DNA of 64,000 bases from Candidatus Anderseniibacteriota bacterium. Lineage in GTDB: Bacteria; Patescibacteriota; Andersenbacteria; UBA10190. Below the pieces are notes generated by a model. That model did no database searches. It was not told the DNA's origin and saw only the letters and a list, made by a program, of their open reading frames with translations. The stretch lies in the NCBI GenBank assembly GCA_035288905.1, contig DATDYZ010000001.1, positions 19,172-83,171 of the forward strand, written 5' to 3'. Position numbers and translations under genes: made by a program. Shown here one piece after another: positions 19,627 through 30,030 of the stretch. The number at the start of each line of letters is the position of its first letter. Within the stretch, counting starts at the first letter, position 1.

Positions 19627-20353
19627 TATATATGCCCTTTGTCATATTTAGGCGTACTTGAACCACTTCTTTGAGAACTTCCAGGTATGCGCTTCCTGAT
19701 ACTTTGCTGTTTGGGTCGTTGATCCATCGCACGGGTTGTTCTGAAATTTTATATCCTTTCATTCTGGCAACAGCTAAAGCCTCTACATCAAATCCCCAGC
19801 GGTCTATGGTGAGATACGGGAACACGGCGTCGGACGCTTTTTTTGTAAACAATTTAAAACCAGCCTGGGTGTCTTTAATGCCTGGAACTGCCCAGAACTG
19901 GATCCATATATTACCTAAATCTCCTAACAGTTCTTTCCATTTTGGTTGGTGTACAGAAATTTCCGCTCCAGCAACATCGCGAGAACCTATAACAACATCG
20001 AACCCTTGCGCAACAAGTGGAATAAACTTTTCTGCATGCTCAATGCCAGTGGAATTATCTGCATCCATAAATATACGTATTTCTCCTTGCACGTGGGTCA
20101 TGCCGTATCGTACTGCATAGCCCTTGCCTTTGTTACCCCCATAATGCAAGAGACGAACGCGCGGATCTTCTATACCCATGCTTCGTACAATATCCGCAGT
20201 CTTGTCACTTGATCCGTCATTTACTACAGCAATTTCCCATGTGTACGGCTGCTTTTTTAAATATCCGATTGTTGCTCGCAGCGTGTGAGGTAGTCGCTTC
20301 TCTTCGTTATACGCAGGGATAACAACCGAAAGATACGGTAAGGGATTGTTCAT
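19619..20353 (-). CDS. GT2 polyprenyl-phosphate glycosyltransferase (Alg5-like)
   Basis: VVIPAYNEE, NDGSSD, FMDAD, DTQAGFKLF, RWGFDVE. Confidence 0.92.
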   Translation of the reverse strand: MNNPLPYLSVVIPAYNEEKRLPHTLRATIGYLKKQPYTWEIAVVNDGSSDKTADIVRSMGIEDPRVRLLHYGGNKGKGYAVRYGMTHVQGEIRIFMDADNSTGIEHAEKFIPLVAQGFDVVIGSRDVAGAEISVHQPKWKELLGDLGNIWIQFWAVPGIKDTQAGFKLFTKKASDAVFPYLTIDRWGFDVEALAVARMKGYKISEQPVRWINDPNSKVSGSAYLEVLKEVVQVRLNMTKGIYNG

Positions 20354-20381
20354 ATCGATAGTATACCATACACTGAAGGAG
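20354..20381. promoter_or_regulatory. Divergent back-to-back -10 boxes (leaderless type)
   Basis: Minus strand TATACT 6 nt before ATG 20353; plus strand TACACT 7 nt before ATG 20382. Confidence 0.6.
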
Positions 20382-21155
20382 ATGGATAAATTGCCGCTTG
20401 TTATTGGAAATTGGAAGATGGAGCTTTCTCATAAATCTGCTGGTGAGGTTTCAAGTGCGCTAAAAAAGATGATGCTTGCGGTAACATACCGAGCAGACGT
20501 TGTAGTGTGCCCATCGTTTCCGTCCCTTGTGGCCGTATGTGATATGTTACAGGGTTCTCCTGTTGCTGTGGGTGCACAAAACGTGCATCACGAAGAAAAG
20601 GGAGCATTTACTGGAAGTGTTTCGGTAGGTCAGCTGCGTGAATTTATTACGTGGTGTATTGTTGGGCATTCTGAAGTGCGAGCGTCTCAGGGTGATACAG
20701 ATACTCTTGTTGCTCAAAAGGCAAACTTGCTGCTATCGCACGGAATTCGCCCTATTGTATGTATTGGGGAAACACAAGAACAGCACGAGAACGAAAAGAC
20801 GATTTCTACTATTTCTGCTCAGATAGACGTATTACTTGCCAGTCTTGACCGTGTTGCATTACTTAAGACTGCAATTACATATGAACCAATATGGGCAATC
20901 GGGACAGGTAAAATGCCTGAACCAAACGAGGTATACGAAGTCTTACTCTTGATACGCAAGCGTATCGCAGAGCATTTTGATATAGACTTGGCAGATAGAG
21001 TACATTTGCTGTATGGCGGAAGTGTGCAACCCAGTACGGTAAGCCCTTATATTGGGGGGCCAGGGGCAGATGGAGTTCTGGTGGGCGGAGCGTCACTGCA
21101 TCCAAGAGATTTTATCGATATTATTTCTCAAGTTTCTGTTGCATATGCTCGCTAA
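20382..21155 (+). CDS. tpiA: Triosephosphate isomerase
   Basis: GNWKM, GHSE, YEPIWAIGTG, LYGGSV, LVGGASL. Confidence 0.97.
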   Translation: MDKLPLVIGNWKMELSHKSAGEVSSALKKMMLAVTYRADVVVCPSFPSLVAVCDMLQGSPVAVGAQNVHHEEKGAFTGSVSVGQLREFITWCIVGHSEVRASQGDTDTLVAQKANLLLSHGIRPIVCIGETQEQHENEKTISTISAQIDVLLASLDRVALLKTAITYEPIWAIGTGKMPEPNEVYEVLLLIRKRIAEHFDIDLADRVHLLYGGSVQPSTVSPYIGGPGADGVLVGGASLHPRDFIDIISQVSVAYAR

Positions 21156-22017
21156 ACCAGACAACATTCTTTTACATGCAATGCAGGCAGAGTATGCTGT
21201 AGGTGCCTTTAATGTTTCTACTATGGAAATTGCACAGGCAGTTGTGCGTGCTGCTGTTGCAAAACAGTCTCCGGTCATTATACAAACATCAGAGGGTGCA
21301 ATAGAATACGCTGGATTGTCTATGATTTCAGGAATCATGCGCATCCTTGCAGAAGAAGCTGCGGTACCAGTTATTATGCATTTAGATCATGGAAAAAAGT
21401 TTGAAACCGTGAAGCGTTGTATTGCATCTGGGTATACGTCAGTAATGATCGATAATTCTAAGCTACCATTTGCGGAAAATATTGCGAAAACGGCGGAAGT
21501 TGTAGCATATGCGCATGAGCACGGAGTATGGGTTGAGGCAGAACTGGGTGCGATAGTTGGAAAAGAAGGTATTAAAGATTTGCACGGTGGCGCAACTCCG
21601 GATGCTTTTTTAACAAATCCGGAACAAGCAGCAGAATTTGTTGAACGTACGAAGATAGATAGTCTTGCAGTTTCTGTTGGAACTATTCATGGAGAGTTTT
21701 CAGGGCAAGAATATATCCGATTTGCATTGCTTGCAGAAGTACAAAAGGCCATACCTCGTACTCCGCTGGTTTTACACGGTGCATCTGGTATTGGCAACGA
21801 GGACTTACGGAAAGCATGTGCGTATCATGTAAGTAAAGTAAATGTAGATACCGAGCTTCGCGTGGCGTTTGAAAAAGCTGTCGGTGAATACTTTACCATT
21901 GCACACGATTCATATGACCCAAGGAGTATTGTGGGCCCGGCACGAGACGCAATGCAAAAGGTAGTAGAAGACAAAATAGATACACTTGGCTCATCTGGCA
22001 CATCTGCGATATACTAA
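21145..22017 (+). CDS. fba: Class II fructose-bisphosphate aldolase
   Basis: HLDHG, SVMID, VEAELG, GTIHG, LVLHGASG, KVNVDT. Confidence 0.95.
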   Translation: MLAKPDNILLHAMQAEYAVGAFNVSTMEIAQAVVRAAVAKQSPVIIQTSEGAIEYAGLSMISGIMRILAEEAAVPVIMHLDHGKKFETVKRCIASGYTSVMIDNSKLPFAENIAKTAEVVAYAHEHGVWVEAELGAIVGKEGIKDLHGGATPDAFLTNPEQAAEFVERTKIDSLAVSVGTIHGEFSGQEYIRFALLAEVQKAIPRTPLVLHGASGIGNEDLRKACAYHVSKVNVDTELRVAFEKAVGEYFTIAHDSYDPRSIVGPARDAMQKVVEDKIDTLGSSGTSAIY

Positions 22018-22022
22018 GCAGC

Positions 22023-23003
22023 ATGGACGTACTTGCTATTGGAGATACTACGGAAGATATTTTTCTTCAAATGCATGATGCAAGTTTGCAGTGCAATGTG
22101 GATGGGAAGAAATGTATGATTTGTTTCGATTTCGGTGAAAAAATAGCAGTCGAAGGTAAGATTGTTATTTCTGGGGTTGGAAATGCGGCGAACCATGCAA
22201 TCGGTATTGCTCGTCTTGGACATAGCTCGGGAATATACACCGTTGTCGGAGACGACACAGAGGGGCACGAAGCAAAAAAGATATTAGAAAAAAATGGTGT
22301 AGACGTGTCGAACGTAGTATTTGATACCGAACATGGAACGAATTTATCTGTTGTTATTAATTTTAAGTCTGAGCGTACTATATTGGTGTATCATGAACCC
22401 CGTACGTATGAATTACCGAGCAACGTTTCGCCGAAGTGGCTATATCTTACATCTGCATCTGGAGATGGCGTAAAAAATCTGCATGACCAGGTATTGCAGC
22501 TTTTGGAAAAAAACAAAGAGACAAAACTGGCGTTCAATCCTGGTACTCATCAAATAAATCTTGGAAAAGAAGAGTTATTGCCGCTTCTGAAAAAGACAGA
22601 ACTATTATTTTTAAACCGTGAAGAAGCCGCGCGGGTTTTAGAAATTGAGACAACTGATGTGCATACTCTTATTTATGGTTTTCATGCAATTGGCGTACCG
22701 ACGGTAGTACTCACTGATGGCCCCAAAGGTGCATATGCATCTAATGGAAAAAACATATATTACCTTCCTATTTACCCAGGAAAAGAAGTGGAACGCACGG
22801 GCGCTGGGGACGCATATGGGTCAGGATTTTTAGCAGGAATACTGCACGGCAAGGGAATTTCAGAGGCGATGCAATGGGGTAACGCGAATGCTACGTCTGT
22901 TGTAATGTATGTAGGTGCGCGGGAAGGGTTGCTTGAACAAGAGGCTCTTCTTCATATGATTCAAGAATTTTCAACTATTAAACCAACACATTATGTCAAT
23001 TAA
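22023..23003 (+). CDS. PfkB/ribokinase-family carbohydrate kinase
   Basis: GNAAN, NREEA, ERTGAGDAYGSGF. Confidence 0.93.
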   Translation: MDVLAIGDTTEDIFLQMHDASLQCNVDGKKCMICFDFGEKIAVEGKIVISGVGNAANHAIGIARLGHSSGIYTVVGDDTEGHEAKKILEKNGVDVSNVVFDTEHGTNLSVVINFKSERTILVYHEPRTYELPSNVSPKWLYLTSASGDGVKNLHDQVLQLLEKNKETKLAFNPGTHQINLGKEELLPLLKKTELLFLNREEAARVLEIETTDVHTLIYGFHAIGVPTVVLTDGPKGAYASNGKNIYYLPIYPGKEVERTGAGDAYGSGFLAGILHGKGISEAMQWGNANATSVVMYVGAREGLLEQEALLHMIQEFSTIKPTHYVN

Positions 23004-24000
23004 GATTGCAATTAATGGATTTGGAAGAATCGGGCGCGCAGCGTGTAAGATAGCGCTTGCTCATGACGATGCTCATATTGTGGCTATTAACGACTTAGGC
23101 GATATCGATAACCTTGCGTATCTGCTCAAGTATGATTCTGTATATGGCAGGTATGGAAGCACCGTAACAGTAGAGGGTCGTGAACTGGTGATTGGGAAAA
23201 AACGCATTACGGTATTGCAAGAAAAAGACCCCCTCAATTTGCCATGGAAAGATATGGGAATTGATGTTGTTATTGAATCTACTGGATTTTTTACTGATAA
23301 AGAAGGGGCGGAAAAACATATTACTGCAGGCGCAAAGCACGTTGTTATATCTGCTCCTACAAAAAGTGATGATGTGCCAACCGTTGTAATGGGGGTAAAC
23401 GACCATAAACTCAAAGGCGCAGGGATTGTATCGAATGCATCGTGTACTACAAATTCCGCTGCTCCGGTAATGGCAGTTCTCCACAGCGTATTTGGAGTTG
23501 AAAAGGCTTTACTTACAACTGCACATGCATATACTGCAACTCAAAGTATTGTGGACGGCCCTGGTGGAAAAGGAGATTTTCGAAGAGGCAGAGCTGCAGC
23601 TCAGAATATCGTACCTGCTTCGACTGGCGCGGCTATAGCAGCAACGCTCGCAATTCCGGAACTACAAGGAAAATTTGATGGCATATCGCTTCGCGTTCCA
23701 GTTCCGGTGGTTTCCATATCTGACATAACGTGTGTGCTTTCTAGGAATGTAACAGTTGAAGAAGTGAATCAGGCATTTACAGATGCGGTGGATAATCCAG
23801 CGTACCAGGGTATTATTGCGGTTACGGAAGACCCGGTAGTCTCAAGCGATTTTATCGGTGATCCGCATTCTGCAATTATCGATTTGCCACTCACGCGCGT
23901 AGTGGGGGGCAATTTGATAAAAGTCTTGGCATGGTACGATAACGAGTGGGGATATTCTAATCGACTTGTTGAGCAGGTGCTTGGAATAGGCAACATGTAA
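22993..24000 (+). CDS. gap: Glyceraldehyde-3-phosphate dehydrogenase type I
   Basis: INGFGRIGR, SNASCTTN, WYDNEWGYS. Confidence 0.98.
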   Translation: MSIKIAINGFGRIGRAACKIALAHDDAHIVAINDLGDIDNLAYLLKYDSVYGRYGSTVTVEGRELVIGKKRITVLQEKDPLNLPWKDMGIDVVIESTGFFTDKEGAEKHITAGAKHVVISAPTKSDDVPTVVMGVNDHKLKGAGIVSNASCTTNSAAPVMAVLHSVFGVEKALLTTAHAYTATQSIVDGPGGKGDFRRGRAAAQNIVPASTGAAIAATLAIPELQGKFDGISLRVPVPVVSISDITCVLSRNVTVEEVNQAFTDAVDNPAYQGIIAVTEDPVVSSDFIGDPHSAIIDLPLTRVVGGNLIKVLAWYDNEWGYSNRLVEQVLGIGNM

Positions 24001-24003
24001 TAT

Positions 24004-25179
24004 ATGAGTCCTCTTCGAACCATGGACGACGTATTACTTGACGGCAAGCGCGTGATTGTGCGTGTGGATTTTAATGTCACGGCAGGTGAAGACGGCAAAG
24101 TTGATGATTCGGAAGATTATCGGATACAAGCCGCACTTCCTACTATCCAGGAACTGAGACAAAAGCGATGCAAGGTGCTCTTACTCGCACACTTGGGTCG
24201 CCCCGGAGAAGAGGAGAGTATCCTTTCTATGGATGAGGTTCATAGACGTTTACAAGATCTTCTTCATGACGATGTTCGCATGCTTCCAAAGCTCTACGGA
24301 TCGCAAGTGGAATCTATTGTGCAAGGAATGGAACAAGGAGATATTGCCTTGTTCCCTAATGTTCGTCTTGATGATCGAGAGGTTACGTTAAATCAAAAAT
24401 TTGCAGAAGAACTCGCTGCTATGGGCGATGCGTATGTAAATGAAGCATTTAGCGCCAGCCACCGTGCACACACTTCTATTGTATTGCTTCCTCAACTCCT
24501 CACCAGCGCTGCAGGTCGACGGACAGTTCAAGAGGTAGATGTATTAACTTCGCTTCGTGTAACAGCAGAACGGCCCTATGTTGCCATCGTTAGCGGTGGG
24601 AAAATTACTACAAAAATTGGTATTTTAGAATATTTACTTTCAACGGTTGACAAGATGTGCTTGGGTGGAAAAATTGGAAACGTATTTTTGGCATCTCAAG
24701 GCAAATGGCCCGACACGATGTTTACTCCAGATGAACTAGCCGTTGCGAAACACATTGTAGAAAAATATGGAGAAAAAATAGTGTTGCCAATCGACGTGGT
24801 TGTCGGAAATGATGATGGAACATATACCCAAATCATAGACGTTTCATATGTTCCCGAACATGTTGGTGGGGTGTGGGATATTGGTCCGAAATCTGTGGCT
24901 GCTTTTTTAAAAACATGTGAAGGTGCCAAGACAATTGTTTGGAATGGGCCTGTGGGGCGTGTGGAAACACGTGCATACGCCGTTGGGAGCGCAGCTCTTG
25001 TAGAAGGACTTGCAACACATTCAGGCAATCGTATTGTTGGTGGAGGAGATACGGTTAATATGCTAGAAAAAATGAAAAAAGTTGATTCATTCAACCATGT
25101 TTCCATCGGAGGCGGAGCGATGCTGGAATTTTTGGAAGGAAAGCGACTGCCTGGGCTTGTTGCACTTGCTGCGCCGTAA
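24004..25179 (+). CDS. pgk: Phosphoglycerate kinase
   Basis: RVDFNV, HLGRP, WNGP, GGGDT, GGGAMLEFLEG. Confidence 0.97.
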   Translation: MSPLRTMDDVLLDGKRVIVRVDFNVTAGEDGKVDDSEDYRIQAALPTIQELRQKRCKVLLLAHLGRPGEEESILSMDEVHRRLQDLLHDDVRMLPKLYGSQVESIVQGMEQGDIALFPNVRLDDREVTLNQKFAEELAAMGDAYVNEAFSASHRAHTSIVLLPQLLTSAAGRRTVQEVDVLTSLRVTAERPYVAIVSGGKITTKIGILEYLLSTVDKMCLGGKIGNVFLASQGKWPDTMFTPDELAVAKHIVEKYGEKIVLPIDVVVGNDDGTYTQIIDVSYVPEHVGGVWDIGPKSVAAFLKTCEGAKTIVWNGPVGRVETRAYAVGSAALVEGLATHSGNRIVGGGDTVNMLEKMKKVDSFNHVSIGGGAMLEFLEGKRLPGLVALAAP

Positions 25180-25192
25180 TAGGTTTTTTCGC

Positions 25193-26545
25193 ATGGCAAA
25201 AATACAAAAAGTTATTGGCAGGGAGGTTATAGATTCTCGCGGGATGCCTACGGTGCAGGCTACGGTGCTATGTGAAGGGGGAATACAAGGGTCGGCAATG
25301 GTTCCTTCCGGCGCTTCTACAGGAACGCATGAGGCAGTTGAACTGCGGGATGGTGATGAAAAACGATACAACGGCAAAGGAGTATTAACTGCAGTGTCTC
25401 ATGTAAATACGGAAATTAATGCGGCACTATTTGGGCAAGATACAGCGAACCAATCCAAAATAGATAGGCGTATGATGGAGCTCGATGGAACACCAAGTAA
25501 GGGAAAACTGGGTGCAAACGCAATTCTTGCAGTGTCGCTCGCATGTGCTCGGGCTGAAGCGCGCTCTCAAGGGTTACCACTCTATCTATACCTTACCCAG
25601 CTGTTTCCAAAACGAAAACCTTTGATGCCAGTACCGCAAATGAATCTCATTAATGGTGGAAGGCATGCAAGTAACGGACTTTCTGTTCAAGAATTTCATA
25701 TCTTGCCGGTTGGAGCGCAAAGTTTTGCTATTGCTCTTCGGATGGGAGTTGAAATACATCACGCACTCAAGGCGTTACTAGTTTCAGAAGGGTTCCAAAC
25801 AGAAGTTGGAGATGAGGGAGGTTTTGCACCAAAACTTTCAAAGAGCGAGGATGTATTTATGTTTATGATCCGTGCCATTGAGGATGCGGGGTATATTCCG
25901 GGGGTAGATGTATATCTTGGTCTCGATGTTGCTGCCTCAGAATTTTATGATTCGGAACGGGAAGGGTACATGATCGACAAAGCATTTCTTCAAGTTAATG
26001 ATTTAGCTTTTCAATATAAGACGTGGAGAGAGCGCTACCCTATTATTTCTATTGAAGATCCATTTGAGCAAGACGCTTTTTCTGATTGGAAGGAGTTTTT
26101 AGCAGGAAGTAAAAATGCATTGCAAGTAGTTGGCGATGATCTCTACGCTACAAATACCACGAGAATTAAGCAAGGTATCGTAAACGAGGCTGCAAATTCC
26201 GTGCTTATAAAGCCAAATCAAATTGGGACACTTACGGAAACATTGCAAGCTATATTGATTACACAAGAAGCAGGACACAACGTCGTTATCTCACATCGTT
26301 CAGGAGAAACGGAAGATACTTTTATAGCTGATTTGGCAGTTGCTGTTGGTGCTGGACAAATAAAAACAGGTGCGCCTTCTAGGTCAGATAGGACAAGCAA
26401 ATATAATAGGCTTCTGCAAATAGAGGATGAAATCCATCCGCAAATGGGACACATGTTACAACGGTTTTTAGAAAATCAAACGTATCACTACAAACGCGCC
26501 GCAGAAGCTGTAACATTTACGCCGAGCAGAAATGTAGTCTTGTAG
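25193..26545 (+). CDS. eno: Enolase
   Basis: DSRG.PTV, PSGASTG, GDEGGFAP, SHRSGETED. Confidence 0.98.
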   Translation: MAKIQKVIGREVIDSRGMPTVQATVLCEGGIQGSAMVPSGASTGTHEAVELRDGDEKRYNGKGVLTAVSHVNTEINAALFGQDTANQSKIDRRMMELDGTPSKGKLGANAILAVSLACARAEARSQGLPLYLYLTQLFPKRKPLMPVPQMNLINGGRHASNGLSVQEFHILPVGAQSFAIALRMGVEIHHALKALLVSEGFQTEVGDEGGFAPKLSKSEDVFMFMIRAIEDAGYIPGVDVYLGLDVAASEFYDSEREGYMIDKAFLQVNDLAFQYKTWRERYPIISIEDPFEQDAFSDWKEFLAGSKNALQVVGDDLYATNTTRIKQGIVNEAANSVLIKPNQIGTLTETLQAILITQEAGHNVVISHRSGETEDTFIADLAVAVGAGQIKTGAPSRSDRTSKYNRLLQIEDEIHPQMGHMLQRFLENQTYHYKRAAEAVTFTPSRNVVL

Positions 26546-26552
26546 GTACAAT

Positions 26553-28220
26553 ATGAAAAATGGGATTTGGAATATAGTTGCAGGGGATACTGTTATTGAG
26601 GATCAGGATGAATTGATTCGTGTGCTACTTCATAATCGCAACATCACCTCTGAGGGCAGCGAAGCTTTTTTTTCTTCTTCGTATATTCGTGATATTCATG
26701 ATCCATATGATTTGTATGATATGGAAAAAGCAGTGGAGCGCGTATATCGCGCAATAAAAAAGCAAGAAAGAATAGTTGTATATGGCGATTATGATGCAGA
26801 TGGTGTTACATCTACGGCAATTATGGTAGAAACACTTACTGCACTTGGTGCTCATGTATTTCCGTATTTGCCGCACAGGTACGATGATGGATACGGTTTA
26901 CATGGGAAAGTGTTGGAACAAATGCTCTCTGAATTTGAATTAGTAATCACTGTTGATTGTGGAGTGAGCAACCGGGAAGAAATAGCTATGCTACAAGCAG
27001 CTAAAAAAGACGTTATTATTGTTGACCATCACGAAATTCCTGAACAGCTTCCAGTTGCCTATGCAATTTTGCACCCACGGCATCCGAAAGGATTATATAG
27101 TTTTGGGCATCTGTGTGGGGCTGGTATGGCGTGGAAGTTTGCACAGGCATTGTTTCGCCATGCAGATTCTCTGTTTGCATCAGATCCTGATCGAGAAAAG
27201 TGGTTGCTTGATATTGTAATGATTGGGACTATTGCGGATGTAATGCCACTTGTTGGAGAAAATCGTGCCATTGTTCGATTTGGTAAAGATGTGTTACTAC
27301 GTACAAAGCATCCAGGAATTGCAGCACTACTGAAAGAATCTCGCATTAACGTATCAACGATAACTGCGGAAGATATTGCGTTTCGAATAGTGCCTTTGTT
27401 AAATGCCGCTGGGAGAATTGGCCACCCACAATCGGCTCTCAATGCGCTTATTGCGAAAACAAGCGATCAAGCAGATGCTGCAGTAAAAAAGCTAGTGCAG
27501 ATGAATAATGAGAGGCGGACACTGACAAAGAAAATGATGGATGAGGCGAATATCGAAATAGATCATAGTCTGCCGTTTGTGTTTATAGCTAATAGTAATT
27601 GGCCAGCAGGCATTGTTGGGCTTGTGGCTGGCCGCTTGGCTTCGCAGTTTGGAAAACCTGCATTTGTGGTAGGGGGGCATAGCTCACTATCACACTCTGT
27701 AGGGTCTGCACGGGGAGGCGGCAAAATAAACATTATGTCTGCGTTAGAAACAGTTCGCCACCATACTCTTAAGTTGGGCGGGCATAAGGCAGCAGCAGGG
27801 TTTTCTGTATTGCCCGAATATATAGATCGTATGAAACATGGGTTACGAGAGTATTTTGAATCTCAAGTATTAGAGCAGTCTCCGGTAGTTCATGAAGCCG
27901 ATGCTGTTATTTCTTCGCAACTTGTGTCGTGGGATACGGCGCGGGCACTTACAAAGTTTGAGCCGTTTGGTGAAGCGAACACAAGGCCATCTTTTGTTTT
28001 AAAGGGTTTGCGGCTTTTAGAGCGCAGAACGGTTGGGAAATCAAACGATCATATAAAGGCAAAACTTCTGGTAGGCGACCGTGAAATAGATGCAATAGGG
28101 TTTGGGCTCGGGGGGCAGGTACGTGTTCTTAAAAACACTGTAGACGTCTTGGCAAGTATAGGCGTAAATGAATTTCGTGGGCGAGAAAGCCTAGAGCTTC
28201 GTCTTACGGATATACGCTAA
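26553..28220 (+). CDS. recJ: ssDNA-specific exonuclease RecJ
   Basis: YGDYDADG, TVDCG, DHH, GGHKAAAG, EPFG. Confidence 0.96.
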   Translation: MKNGIWNIVAGDTVIEDQDELIRVLLHNRNITSEGSEAFFSSSYIRDIHDPYDLYDMEKAVERVYRAIKKQERIVVYGDYDADGVTSTAIMVETLTALGAHVFPYLPHRYDDGYGLHGKVLEQMLSEFELVITVDCGVSNREEIAMLQAAKKDVIIVDHHEIPEQLPVAYAILHPRHPKGLYSFGHLCGAGMAWKFAQALFRHADSLFASDPDREKWLLDIVMIGTIADVMPLVGENRAIVRFGKDVLLRTKHPGIAALLKESRINVSTITAEDIAFRIVPLLNAAGRIGHPQSALNALIAKTSDQADAAVKKLVQMNNERRTLTKKMMDEANIEIDHSLPFVFIANSNWPAGIVGLVAGRLASQFGKPAFVVGGHSSLSHSVGSARGGGKINIMSALETVRHHTLKLGGHKAAAGFSVLPEYIDRMKHGLREYFESQVLEQSPVVHEADAVISSQLVSWDTARALTKFEPFGEANTRPSFVLKGLRLLERRTVGKSNDHIKAKLLVGDREIDAIGFGLGGQVRVLKNTVDVLASIGVNEFRGRESLELRLTDIR

Positions 28221-28830
28221 TCATCATCAGGCCTGTCCCAATTGCAAGTCGTATTGCATGAGCGCGTGGTTCTTTTTGCACTACTGTAAAAAATTCAGTG
28301 AGTTTTTTGGCATGTGATAGGGTATTGTCCGCGATGATAATTCCATGCGGTGTAATTATTTGCATGGCATACTGAAAGTAGAGGGCATATTCTTCTTTGT
28401 TTGCATCGAGAAAAATGAAGTCGAAAGACGGAGGCTGTTTGTTTAGGTTGTCATTCCGGGCTTGCTTGCCGGCCATAGCCTTGGCGTCGGCTGGACCCGG
28501 AATCCACGCGCCTGGATCCCGGCTCGGGGGCCGGGATGACACTGCTAATTGCGACATGATTTCCACCGCATCTCCTTGTATCACCTCGATAGTTTCTGAT
28601 AATCCTTCTGTTGCAATATTTTCTTTTGCTAATTTCACTCGTTCGTCAAAAAATTCTATTGTCGTTATGTTTCCACCATAGAGAGATGCAACGTTTCCCA
28701 TAAGAATTGCTGAATATCCATTTGATGTACCAACCTCTAAAATATTCTTCGGTTTTTGTGCATGAATGAGAGCCTGGAGCACAGCGCCAGAATTTGGGTC
28801 AATATTCCAGTACTCATCTTGTGGTTTCAT
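28204..28830 (-). CDS. O-methyltransferase (YrrM/CCoAOMT-like) with a 31-codon repeat insertion
   Basis: LEVGTSNGYS, FDFIFLDANK, IADN. Confidence 0.9.
   Translation of the reverse strand: MKPQDEYWNIDPNSGAVLQALIHAQKPKNILEVGTSNGYSAILMGNVASLYGGNITTIEFFDERVKLAKENIATEGLSETIEVIQGDAVEIMSQLAVSSRPPSRDPGAWIPGPADAKAMAGKQARNDNLNKQPPSFDFIFLDANKEEYALYFQYAMQIITPHGIIIADNTLSHAKKLTEFFTVVQKEPRAHAIRLAIGTGLMMISVYP
28449..28541. repeat. Family A element with a nested 30-bp family C element, in frame
   Basis: TGTCATTCCGGGCTTG[CTTGCCGGCCATAGCCTTGGCGTCGGCTGG]ACCCGGAATCCA...GGGATGACA; 93 bp. Confidence 0.85.
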
Positions 28831-28849
28831 TTGGTATACTACAAAGAAT

Positions 28850-29680
28850 ATGAATATTATTATTCGACTTTTTCTTTCTCTTATAAGTATATTGGCATTG
28901 TTTTATGTGGTTTTGCAATACCTGTTTCCTATACCTTGTAGCCAAATAATTTCGTATTCCATTGGAAATGTGGACAAGAAGTTCGGTCTTTCTCGGGATG
29001 ATTTTTTACGATCGATTCAGGGTGCAGAAAACGCATGGGAAAAGCCATTTGGTGCTCAGCTTTTCGCATATGATCCAAATGCTGCGTTTACCATAAACCT
29101 CTTATATGATAGTCGACAAAAAAGAACAGACCTAGTAAGGGTAGCTAAAAGTACTCTCAATGAAACATCAAAAACTCGCGAGGGCATCAAGCAGCAATAT
29201 GACAGTGCATACGAAAAATATTCACGAGCACTGAAGGTATATAATACACACGTTCAAGAGTATAAAAATGGTGCTTTTGTATGGGAAACACTCAAACAAG
29301 AAGAAGCAAATCTTAATACTCTTGGCGATCAGGTAAATAAGCTCGTAGATGACGAAAATAAAATTGTAAGAACATACAATACAAAGGTGGAGAAATTTCA
29401 AGATGAATTTTCTGAAGACAGTGAGTTTGCACAGGGCGAATATAACGGCAAGGCGGTTACTATTTATGAATTTACTAATTCGAAGGATTTACTGCTCGTA
29501 CTGGAACATGAACTTGGTCATGTGCTAGGGTTAGATCACGTACAAGATCCTTTCTCTATCATGTATTATCTTGGTCATAGCAACAATACGACACAGAGTG
29601 GCCCGACGGTCGATGATATTTCTATGCTTGCAGCGCAATGTAAGAAGACGTCATTTGGTGTCTTCCTTGATTGGCTATAA
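28850..29680 (+). CDS. Matrixin-family (M10-like) zinc metalloprotease, membrane anchored
   Basis: HELGHVLGLDH plus SIM Met-turn; N-terminal TM; coiled-coil insert. Confidence 0.9.
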   Translation: MNIIIRLFLSLISILALFYVVLQYLFPIPCSQIISYSIGNVDKKFGLSRDDFLRSIQGAENAWEKPFGAQLFAYDPNAAFTINLLYDSRQKRTDLVRVAKSTLNETSKTREGIKQQYDSAYEKYSRALKVYNTHVQEYKNGAFVWETLKQEEANLNTLGDQVNKLVDDENKIVRTYNTKVEKFQDEFSEDSEFAQGEYNGKAVTIYEFTNSKDLLLVLEHELGHVLGLDHVQDPFSIMYYLGHSNNTTQSGPTVDDISMLAAQCKKTSFGVFLDWL

Positions 29681-29726
29681 AAAAGGAGTACAATAAACGT
29701 ATTATTACTTTTTAATACATATCTCT

Positions 29727-29972
29727 ATGGAAAACAGTCCAATGGAAAAGAATTGCGAGTCATGCGGATCCGGAACATGTTCTGGAAATTGCGCTGCATG
29801 TAATTGCCCTCACCACAAGGCGATTCCAGTATTTATTATCTTAATTGCTGCAACATTCTTACTCGGAGAATGGGGAATGCTCGCACCATCTTCGGTAGGG
29901 GTTATCTGGCCTATTTTGCTCGGAGCAATTGGAGTTACAAAGCTTATGAAGAGCAAGTGTACCTGCTGCTAA
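29727..29972 (+). CDS. Small Cys-rich two-TM membrane protein
   Basis: CESCGSGTCSGNCAACNCPHH, two hydrophobic helices, C-terminal CTCC. Confidence 0.8.
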   Translation: MENSPMEKNCESCGSGTCSGNCAACNCPHHKAIPVFIILIAATFLLGEWGMLAPSSVGVIWPILLGAIGVTKLMKSKCTCC

Positions 29973-29984
29973 ATCCTTCTACCG

Positions 29985-30021
29985 CCCTCTCCCTCGACGG
30001 GGAGAGGGATGGGGTGAGGGG
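29985..30021. repeat. Family B single arm, intergenic
   Basis: CCCTCTCCCTCGACGGGGAGAGGGATGGGGTGAGGGG. Confidence 0.85.
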
Positions 30022-30030
30022 TATCGCGTT

